Shown in pieces: positions 15,001 through 27,000 of a stretch of DNA of 64,000 nucleotides. This DNA is from Lingula anatina. Taxonomy: Eukaryota > Animalia > Brachiopoda. Numbering within the stretch: position 1 is the stretch's first letter; the number at the start of each line of letters is the position of its first letter. Made by a program: the position numbers and the translations under genes. Where the stretch lies: NCBI GenBank assembly GCA_051362555.1, contig CM120640.1:57266788-57330787 (forward strand), given 5' to 3'. The notes below the pieces were generated by a model. It ran no database searches, was not told where the DNA came from, and saw nothing but the letters and a program-made list of their open reading frames with translations.

Positions 15001-18000
15001 AAACACTATTACATGTCTTATTAGTTAAATAATGAGACTGTTAACATGCCTAAGAATTGAATCTGAGGAAATGTGAAACAAGACAGCTCTGTTCTGACAT
15101 GGGTTTATTTCCATTTTTAACACTTTTTTTAACATAAAACAAAATTAACAGTTTACTGCAATTTTTATATGATCAACTAAGAAAATTGATGAGATGGGAA
15201 AAATATCAATAGAATAGTGTTTAATGTCCAATTTCCTCCATTCTGAGATTCTGAACATAGTGAATGATTGAATCTGACAAACTGCAATGATATGAGTTTA
15301 TTTCCATTTTTGACACTTTATTACACAATACACGCTAACAAGTTTACCATCATTTTTACATAATCAACTAACAATATTGTAAAGATGCAGGAAATGTCAA
15401 ACAAACACTTTTACGTATCTTATTAGTTCAGTAATGAGACTGTTAACATTGCCTAAGAGTTGAATCTGAGGCAATGTGAAAAAACAGCTTAACTTCTAAA
15501 ATAATGCCCCGATTATGCTGATTTTCGAACTCAACCTGCGTTTTAGTAAGATTGACCACTCCTGTGAGTTTAATGACAATTGGCCCATCTGTTCTTCTTA
15601 TATTGTGTTTACGGTGTTGCATATATGCTGAAAAATGAAAAAACAGCATAACTACTAAAATAGTGGCCCGATCATGCCGATTTTTGAACTTGACCTGCAT
15701 TTTAGTAAGATTGATTATTCCTGTGAGTTTCATGACAACAGGCCTAACGGTTTGCCTTAAAATGTGTTTACAGGGTTGCATATATGCTGAAAAGTGAAAA
15801 AACAGCATAACTTATACAATAATGGCCCGATCATGCTGATTTTCGAACTTGACCTGCGTTTTATGAATATTCATCAGCTCTGTAAATATAAAGCCAAAAA
15901 GTAAAACTGCCCTCCACTTATCGTGTTTACAAGGAAAGTGCACGGCGCCGGCGACGGCGACGGCGACGGCGACGACAGACGCAGGTGATGGCAATATGTA
16001 CAGACACATCTGTGTCTGTACATAAAAATGGGTGTTTTAAATGTTCAGATCCACCTTCATGTTAAGAACTACATACTGAATAAGGGGCGGATCCAGAAAT
16101 ATTTTCTGACAGTCTTCCAAATTATCTTCATTAATCTATCCTCTATTTTTGATCATCTTCCAACAGAAAAAAAAGATACCTGTCAATGTAATCTTGAAAT
16201 TCTGTCCGTCTTCCGGAAGACCCAGAAGACGGCCTAAATCTGCCCCTGACTGATCTGATCTTTTAAAAAAATCATGTTTCACCCTTCCACTGAATGTAAA
16301 AAATGGTGATTATTATGTGCTTCAAATCAGACATCCCAGATTAATTGTATCCCAAATAATATCTGCTAAAACATTTCAGTATTAACTGAATAATCAAAAT
16401 TTCATGCAGCATGCTCTCACTCCTAGCATGCCACCTACTTTCTGAGACTACTGGAGAGGAGGGCACTGACTGGAACAGCCCCTCCAGTGCATCCTTGTAT
16501 CTATATGGTATCTCACAGAGAGGGGCAGTCAGCAGACGGTACTCCATCACTATGTCACACAGGGCACAGCGAATAGCATGGGTTAGCTTCTCCTTGAGGA
16601 AATTCATGTCTACATCTCCCCTCTCCCAGATACTCAGCTGAATCAAGGACAGGGGACCTAGTGAGAAAATGATATCAAAACTAAGTTGTGTAAAATTGTA
16701 ATAATATATTGTAAGGAGCACTTTCAAATCTAAACTAAATTATCTTATATACATTTCCAACATTTCTTTATTTCGTAAAAGAAAACCCAAATAGCCGTTG
16801 GTCCTGTGGCAAAAAGCACTACATTAATTTAACTTCCATGTGTGACTTGTATTGAAGTTACCTCAAACTGCAAAACATGAACTGCAGAGTGAAAATAACT
16901 TTAGTTCATGGTACTGCCCTTTGAAATGTCAAGATGTCAAGCCAGAATCACTACCCATTCATTCTTACCTGGCTTCTTCTTGTTACTGGTTTCGTGTCTG
17001 ACAGCAGTAGAGATGGTATCAAAGTCAGCAGGATCCAAACCTTCTTGGTAAGCATTTGGAGAGGGCTTTGAACCTCCTAATGGCTGAACTGCACTTCCAC
17101 TTCCTTCCACCAGTCTCAAATGGACACATGCAATGCCTGAAAAGATTAAATATTCAAAAGCTATATATAATCCTAAAAATAAATGTTCACACAAAGCCTG
17201 TTCAGTGTGATTAACTGTAAAAGCTGAAACCAAACTATCACTCCTGGTGATAATAAGTTCCATTTTTCAACAAAATACCATTCACACCCATAAATCAAAC
17301 AATCATTTAATCCTGGTTCACAATAGTCCATTTCATCCTTACCTTTTCTACCTGTGGCATGAGGTCGATTATACAGAAATACATCTCCAGATGATGGAAT
17401 TTCCTCAGAGTAATCCTAAAAAAATGGTACACTTCATTTACTCATCAAAAACAGTCAAAATCAAAATCTAGGATAAATTTGTAATTAAACAATTTATGAA
17501 ATTTATAAATTATCATTAATATATAATAAAATATCATAACCAAAACACAATGTGTAATTTAAAGTAGTGAATGGTATACTGTATAGTAAGAAATCATCAG
17601 AAAGTGTAGTGACTGTAGATTCATGGCTTACCAGGAAGTGATGCTCCTCTTTATTATCAATGTAATTTGGCACAAACAGAAACTGCCTCATGTTCTGGCG
17701 AAGATAGTGCATGAAAGCAAAGAGGTAATGCATAGCAGCAGCTGGGGGAACCAGACGTAGCACCTCTTTAGGAGCTGTAAAGGGCCGCTGTATAAACTAG
17801 AAGAAACAATGTGCTATTTAAAAATTAATTTACTTTGCATTTCAAAACTGAGCATTGGTTTATAGGCATTTTCTGCATTCATATTCTAGAAAACTGTTCA
17901 TTAGTGTTCTTGGAAAGACTTCATTAAAATATGTATACTTCAGGTCATATGCATATTTACTGACCAGTTTGGTTTAGGATTAAAGTCTCCCCCCCCCCCC

Positions 18001-21000
18001 CCCCCAAAAAAAAAAAAAAAAAAAAAAGATGCTACCAAGGAAGGAAGGAAAATTCTGCAGATTCAAATATTGTACTCATTCAAATTATCAAGCTATGAAA
18101 GCATCATTATCCCTTCTTCCCTCTCACCTGAACATCATCTACAGTCAGCTTACACATGGCATTTCTTGCCAACATCACAGATATCACATCCAACACAGCA
18201 TCATCCATCTTCCTCTTCAATACATCTATCAGATCTTCTTTGATTTCAGGGCCTGGGACAAGACAACGAAAGTGCAACTAAATTTTGATTGCAAGCAGCT
18301 TTTATAACAGCATCATCTATTAAATAAAGCCATTTATCTATAAAATATTTACATGAAGTGGTACTTTCAAGTATCATATTTCATGTTTTAGTAAATATAA
18401 TACCAATATTGAGGCAGCTACAGCCATCTGAACTAGCATCAGTCAAACATAACTGATTTTCTTATAACACAAATATAACATTGATTTTCTTCTAACAATT
18501 TCTAGTCAGATTTATCCATCCTCCCCAACCACTTGTCCATTTCCTACCACAAATTTGCCCGATGTCCCTTATTATTACCACTTAATGTTTATCAATGATT
18601 TCTATGTATATCTTACGTATGAAATTTTTTAATTTTGTGTTCATACCATTTTAGATGCTTTTAATCTATTCATTGCATTGCACGACCTTAATGCTTAACT
18701 CTGCTTTGCCCTGTAGCTGATGTGCTTTATTGAATTGAACTGACATATCTCGACTCCTTGGCCTATTGTTAACATTTGCTGAACATTAACTCGGTGACTT
18801 GCTTTCCATTTTTTTTGTGAAATCCTTCACTGAACATATTTATAGGATTTTTGTTGCCATTAAGGTTCAAAGACCAATACACTTTTCTCTTACAAAGTAA
18901 TATCTACTCACCTGCATCTGTTATGCCATGGACAGATAATTCGATGCATTCCTCGTTCTTCCTGGAGAAGATCCTGCTGCTGGTTGATGAGGACAGGGAC
19001 AGCATCTCTGGATCTCTGTCTGTGGAGGATAACCTCCGCATCCTTAAATCCTACAGAGAGCAGTCAACATTTATACTTACATATATACATGTTACGCGCT
19101 TCATGCTTAATAATCAAAGGCAACACATTTCACAGGCAAGAAACAATTTATACAGTACTGCTGTGGCTACACTTAAAGAACACTTTTACATACAGTACCT
19201 TGCTAAATGGAAACCCCGAAGCTGAAGAATCATCTCTAGTCATGGCAGCTAAAATGCAAAATAATTTGATTGGATTCTGGGAACATATATCATCTATGAA
19301 AATATTTTAGTTTTGAATAAGGAATGCCTTAAATTCTATTCTTAAAAAAGTTGGAATCACTATTGAAGACAATGTTTCCTGTATAATTTTTTATGCCCCT
19401 TACCTTCTGACAGTTTTGATCCATCTACCTGGTCTTCAGGCCCCCCTGAATCCCCTAATTGCACAGACTGTGTTACAGGGATACAGTCACTAACCCTGGA
19501 GTTACCAAAGGAGATACAATATATATAAATATATGTATTGGGAGAATCCCAAACCCACCATGGCATAGGTATCAGAAAAAAACAGCCCTATGCTCAAATA
19601 TTTTATTCTGCCTACACATTCATACTAAAAATTAACAAAAACAAGGCAGCAAAGCTGTCAAATGTACAGACAAAAAGCAAGAAATAACAAAACAGGCTAC
19701 TGTCAATTCTGATGCAAAAGTACATTATGCTTAACTGCAAATTCAACATCAAATTTTAATTATGCTCAACAGGTAATACCAATGTAAGTGAAATGTGTAA
19801 CAAGCGTAAGGCTTCAGGCCCATGGGAGTTTAAGTTCACACTTTGAAAATGCCAGAATGAGAAAAATGAAAATTTCACATAAAACTGCTTAAATTCAATA
19901 ATAAATGATAACCCATTTGAGCTGGCTTCCTTATTTGAACTGCATGCCAATCCTACAAATCATACTTGTAAGTTGAAAATAATAATAAGTAACACAGTTT
20001 TCTTTTCATAATGTTTGCAGTAGCAGTGCAAAAAGATTTTTGTCAATTTTGATGTAACATTACATAATAAATTACAGAATAATTATCACCAATTTTTGAT
20101 TATTGACTATAAATAACATGGACATGTAGAAAATTTGATTACCATTTGGCTTCATGTCCATGGGAGCAGCACCCAAAATTGTGTTTTCTTCTATTTTAAT
20201 GCAATATTACATAATGCTTAACAGCATAATGACCATCAGTTTTTAATAATAAAAGATCCGAATCATGGATTTTCAGAAATGTGACTAGCATGGGTCTTCA
20301 AGCCGGTGGAGATTCTTAAGTCACACCTTGAAAATGCCAATATGTGAAAAATTAAATTTTCACAAAAAACTGATTAACTGCCAAAAAAATTTACCAAATA
20401 GACTGCATTGCCCACTGAAGCTTTATTTAAGTCCCATGTTTCTTCCTGTAAGTTTGAGAACAGTAAGTGACATGGTTTTCCTTAAATGGTCATCATGGGA
20501 GCAGTGTCCAAAATAGGGGTGTCTTCAAATTTTGATGCAATATTACATAATGTTTAACAGGATAATTACCATCAATTTTTAATAATAAAATATTAGTATC
20601 ATGGATATTCAGAAAATGTTCCTAGCAAAGGTCTTCAGGTCCAAGGAACTTCAAAGTGACACCTTGAAAATGCTAAAATGTAGACAAGACAGCACTGTCC
20701 TGAAATGTTTTTTTTTTCCATTTTTAACAATTTTTTAACATATAACAAAATTAACAATTTACTGCCATTTATATATGATCAACTAAGAAAATTGATGAGA
20801 TGGGAAAAATATCAATAGAACAGTGTTTAATGTCCAATTTCCTCCATTCTGAGTTTCTGAACATAGTGAATGAATGAATCTGACAAACTGCAATGATATG
20901 AGTTTATTTCCATTTTTGAAACTCTATTATACAATACATGATAACAAGTTTACCATCATTTTTACATAATCAACTAACAATGTTGTAAAGATGCAGGAAA

Positions 21001-24000
21001 TGTCAAACAAACACTTTTACGTATCTTATTAGTTCAATAATGAGACTGTTAACATGCCTAAGAATTGAATCTGAGGAAATGTGAAAAAACAGCATAACTT
21101 ATAAAATAATGGCCCGATTATGCTGATTTTCGAACTTGACCTGCGTTTTAGTAAGATTGATTACTCCTGTGAGTTTCATGACAACAGGTCTATCGGTTTT
21201 CCTTGAAATGTGTTAACAGTGTTGCACATATGCTGAAAAGTGAAAAAACAGCATAACTACTAAAATAGTGGCCCGATCATGCCGATTTTCGAACTTGATC
21301 TGCATTTTAGTAAGATTGATAACTCCTGTGAGTTTCATGACAACAGGCCTATCGGTTTTCCTTGAAATGTGTTAACAGTTTTGCATATATGCTAAAAAGT
21401 GAAAAAACAGGATAAATTCTACAAATATGGCCCGATCATGCTGATTTTCGAACTTGACCTGCATTTTATGAATATTAGTCAGCTCTGTAAATATAAAGCC
21501 AAAAAGTAAAACTGTCTTCCACTTATGGTGTTAACGCTGAAAGTGCACGGCGACGGCGACGGCGACATGATCGGCGACGGCGACGACAGACGCAGGTGAT
21601 GGCAATATGTACAGACACATCTGTGTCTGTACATAAAAACAGGAGACTGCCCAATTCTGATGCAATAATACATTATGTTTAACTGCACAGTCAACATAAA
21701 ATTTTAATTATGCACAACAGGTAACGCTGATGAAAGTAAAAGCATAAGGCTCCAGGCCCATCAGAGTTCAAGTTTTCAATTAGAAAGTGCCAGAATGAGA
21801 AAAATGAAAATTTCACAAAAAATGCATAAATTTAATAAAAATGATGACCCAACTGACCTGGCTTTCTAATTTGAACTGCATGCCAATCCTAAAAATCGTA
21901 CTTATAAGTTAAATATAATAATAAGTAACACAGTTTTCTTTTCATAATGTTTGCAGTAGCAGTGCAAAAAGATTATTGTCAATTTTGATGTAACATTACA
22001 TAATAAATTATAGAATAATTATCACCAATTTTTGATTATTGACTATAAATAGCATGGACATGTAGAAAATTTGATTACCATTAGGCTTCATGTCCATGGG
22101 AGCTCTCAGTCCCACAATGAATATGCCAAAAAGATAATGAATATTTCACTAAGTGTATAACTTCCAGAAAAAGAAGCCAATTAGACTGCTTTTCCAACTC
22201 GGGCTGCATTTTAGTCCTGTGTTTCTTTTTTGAAAGTTTGACAGTAATAAGTAACACCGTTTTCCCATAATGGTCATCATGGCAGCAGCACCAAATATTG
22301 TGTTTTCTTCTATTTTGATGCAACATTACATAATGCTTAACAGCATAATGACCATCAATTTTAAATGATAAAATATACGTGTCATGGATTTTCAGAAAAT
22401 GTGACTAGCAAGGGTCTTCAAGCCCATGGAGGTTCTAAGTCGCACCTTGAAAATGTCAATAAGTGAAAAATTAAATTTTCACAAAAAACTGTTAAATTGC
22501 CAGAAAAATTTACCAAACAGACTGCATTGCCTACTGAGGCTGTATGTTAGACCCATGTTTCTTTCTTGTAAGATTGAGAACAGCAAGTGACATGTTTTCC
22601 CTTAAATGGTCATCATAGGAGCAGTGCCCTAAATAGGGGTTTCTTCAAATTTTGATGCAACGTTACATAATGTTTAACAGCATGATAACCATCAAATGTT
22701 ATTAATAAAATATTAGTAACATGGACATTCAGAAAACATGACAAGCAAAGGTCTTCAGGCCCATGGAACTTCAAAGTCACATCTTGAAAATGCCAAAATG
22801 TAAACAAGACAGCACTGTCCTGAAATGGGTTTATTTCCATTTTTAACACTTTTTTAACATAAAACAAAATAAACATTTTACTGCCATTTTTATATGACCA
22901 ACTAAGAAAATTGATGAGATGGGAAAAGTATCAATAGAACAGTGTTAAATGTCCAATTTCCTCCATTCTGAGATTCTGAACATAGTGGATGATTGAATCT
23001 GACAAACTGCAATGATATGAGTTTATTTCCATTTTTGACACTTTATTACACAATACATGATAACAAGTTTACCATGTTTTTTTACATAATCAACTAACAA
23101 TGTTGTAAAGATGCAGGAAATATCAAACAAATACTTTTACGCATCTAATTAGTTCAATAATGAGACTGTTAACATGCCTAATAATTGAATCTGAGGAAAT
23201 GTGAAAAAACAGTATAACTTCTAAAATAATGGCCCGATTATGCTGATTTTCGAACTCAACCTGCATTTTAGTAAGATTGACCACTCCTGTGAATATAATG
23301 CCAATTGGCCAATCCGTTTTTCTTATATTGTGTTATCAGTGTTGCATTTATATTGAAAAGTGAAAAAACAGCATAAATTCCCTAAAAATGGCCCAATCAT
23401 GCTGATTTTCGAACTTGACCTGCGTATTAAGAATTTTCATCAGTTCTGTAAGTTTCAAGCCAAAAGGTAAAATGGTTTTCCACTTACTGTGTTATCGGTG
23501 CTGCATATATGCTGAAAAAGTGAAAAAACAGCATAAATTCCCTAAAAATGGCCCAATCATGCCAGTTTTCGAACTTGACCTGCATATTATGAATATTCAT
23601 CAGTTCTGTAAGTTTCAAGTCAAAAGGTACAATGGTTTTCCATTTATCGTGTTATCGGTGCTGCATATATGTTGAAAAAAGTGAAAAAACAGCATAAATT
23701 CCCTAAGAGTGACCCGATCATGCTGATTTTCGAACTTGACCTGCGTATTATGAATATTCATCAGTTCTGCAAGTTTCAAATCAAAATGCAAAATGGTTTT
23801 CCACTTATCGTGTTATCGGTAAAAGTGCACGGCGACGGCGACGGCGACGACAGCGACGACGGCGACGGCGACGACAGACGCAGATGATGGCTATATGTAC
23901 AGACACATCTGTGTCTGTACATAAAAAACCCTTAATATTCTTAATATTTAAGAGGTGCAGTTTTCCTACCTCAAGTAGAACACGTTTCCATTATTTTCTC

Positions 24001-27000
24001 TGAGCACAAACATGTTTTTCCTGTTGTTCACAGAGAAGGCATTCAGCACTGATCTCAGAGCTTGGATACCTAAAACATACCACAACTGTTATGACTGCAA
24101 ATTTCTTTGTTTCTAAAAGATATTCATGACTTATATATGTTCTGGATATATTTATACAAATTTGAAAACAATTGCAAAACCAAAATTTCATTATTATCTC
24201 CATCAGACACATTTAAAATGACTTTTTAAGAGTACTTGTGTTACATTTGCACATGTAATAAAGCATTCTTCAGAATTTGTACCAGGCAGTAATTGTACAT
24301 TATTATCATGGTTTTTTATTCCCAAACGTCACCCCTGCTTTTACCTCTAGACAGCCCAGTTCTCCCCAGTCCTGTTTTTAACCTTGGGTGCAGTGTAAAC
24401 TGATGTTTCCACACACAGTCACAGGCAAAGTGCCCTGGTTCGAAGTCAAGAGCAGCAGCTAGGTAACCTTCCTTAGGGCCAAGATCTTCTTCTTCATCTG
24501 ATTCTTAAGTCAAATAACATAACTAAATTACCCAACTTCTACATTCTTTGCAACTTTGGTGCACACTGAAATACAGGTATAAAATTACAACTTCAAAAAC
24601 CAATTACTAGCAAAACCAGTATGCATTCTTCAAATAACTTCTTTAAAAATCTTCATAATTTTCTAGCTCCCTTTCTAATCAATGAAGAGAAGCTTTACCA
24701 TCACTCCTTCTAGAGGCATGCATGGCTTCCAGATCCCTCTTCCAGGAGATATCCTCATCTGCCTCTGGCACCAGCAGGCTATTGCACATTCGGGTGTCAT
24801 GGAGGTCTTGCAGCAGAAGTCGCTACAAAAATATATTCAATTATCTCAAAGGAATCATTTTTAATGCACAGCAAGTATTCACAGAAAAAAAAGCTTGCAA
24901 CCCACCTGATTGACAATCCTTCCTGTCTCTCTGATGTTACTGATGACATTATTGTATAATATCTTCATATGCACCAAGTCTTCTGTTTCTTCCTCGCCTG
25001 TGTAGCTGAAAGTGACATTGATAGTTGTAACAACTTTTCACAGTTGGTATTAAATACTTTTCTTTATAGTTTAATCATTAGAACAACTATTTCATTTTAA
25101 ACTGACAAATACTCTGCTCATGCATTAACACTGTTATCAAGACATCTTAGTAGGTGTGAAAGTTGTCATGTAATATAACCTTGTAAGGGAGTATGTGCCA
25201 TGTGTTGTCACATTACATTACCAGGTGTGGAAGATGTCATGTTATATTGCCTAGTGAGGAAGTAGATGTTATATTACCGGGAGTGGAAGCTGTCATGTTA
25301 TATTGTCTGGTGTAGAAGTAGATGTCATGTTAAATTACCGGGTGTGGAAGCTGTCATGTTTTATTGCCTGGTGTAGAAGTAGATGTCATGTTAAATTACC
25401 GGGTGTGGAAGCTGTCATGTTATATTGCCTGGTGTGGAAGAAGATGTCATGTTATATTGCCTAGTGAGGAAGTAGATGTTATATTAACGGGAGTGGAAGC
25501 TGTCATATTATATTGTCTGGTGTAGAAGTAGATGTCATGTTAAATTACCGGGTATGGAAGCTGTCATGTTATATTGTCTGGTGTGGAAGAAGATGTCATG
25601 TTATATTGCCTAGTGAGGAAGTAGATGTTATGTTATATTGTCTAGTGTGGAAGTAGATGTTATGTTATATTGCCCAGTGTGGAAGTAGATGTTATGTTAT
25701 ATTGTCCAGTGTGGAAGTAGATGTTATGTTATATTGCCCAGTGTGGAAGTAGATGTTATGTTATATTGTCCAGTGTGGAAGTAGATGTTATGTTATATTG
25801 CCCAGTGTGGAAGTAGATGCCATGTTATATCTCCTGGTGTGGAAGTTATGTTATATTACCTGGTGTGGAAGAAGATATCCACTTTGTCCCTGTTGACCTT
25901 CATGAGTAGCCAGAAGTCTGGCAGTCTAGGCTGCTGTGGACCAGTGTCATGCATTGACAACATACCCCCCTCAGCATCTGAATCACTGGAGTCACCTTCA
26001 TAGCCTAAAACATTCACAAATGTTTGTGTAAAGCACTAGAATGGGAGGCCATCTTAATTGGGCTCCAATTGTACAAACTTGTACGCTATTTACAACATGA
26101 AAGGGGAAAACAAAACATTTTTTTTTTTAGTTATAAGGTGGTATATATAACTATAACTTATATTTTCCAGTCACTGATTATCAGTGATATTCAACTTCAA
26201 TAAAAGACAACAATAATAAGAAAAAGGAAGATAAAAAGATAATTTAAATGAAGATAGACAAAACAAAACAAAGTAATTAAATGACTCCTATGTTATATAA
26301 CCAATTCTTAAAATTGTCTTACTATAACTTGAAGTTAAATAAATGCCAATGCACAACAACAGAACATGTTTCTCTGAACATTCTTTCACTCAATCTACTG
26401 GGAAAAAATACTGAAAATTGAAGTACTAATTTCAAAATGTGAGTACATGCATCAAGAGAGACTTTCCTAATTATCATTAACAGCATAAAACATAACAGAA
26501 ACAAAAAAAGAAAGAAAGGCTTATATAGCACACACAGAAAATAAATTTTAATGTCAATCTTATTATACCAAAAAGTACGTGAAATGCACTTTCACTGCTG
26601 CTTGTGTCTCCATCGTAGCCTATATAAAATAGCAACATAATATAAACAAGCATAATTCACAATCTATTATTGGTTTCATTTATTCAACGCTATACTTTTC
26701 AATACTTTTTGTTGCATTCACTCAATTTTTTAAAAGGCATACATAACACACGTTGGTAGCAATTATCAGTGTTGATAACAAAGTTGAATCAAAAGTTTAT
26801 CCTGCTATCAAACAGACTAAATAATCTGGACATACCTTCTTCAGTGCAGCTCCCATGACTGCTGCTATCAAATATACCAGACATTTTCCGGGATATTTTA
26901 CCAGAAGAATGCCTCGATCTTGAAGTCCCAGAGGAATGGCGTGAGCGATTAGGTGTCCCAATGCCTGAAATAATACTTTTTGGAGTTCCAGAAGAGTTTC

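Noticed and set aside
17988-18027. Adjacent long C and A homopolymers
   Set aside because: Simple low-complexity tract whose length is unreliable in assemblies; no associated structure.
8383-23887. Repeated short ORFs ([19 protein letters not shown]..., [11 protein letters not shown]...) resembling a small gene family
   Set aside because: They all lie in HINE repeat modules, shift frame between copies through homopolymer indels, and show no domain signature.
25152-25878. CRISPR-like ~32-bp periodicity
   Set aside because: The units are contiguous with no unique spacers, there are no cas genes, and it lies in a eukaryotic intron. It is a minisatellite.
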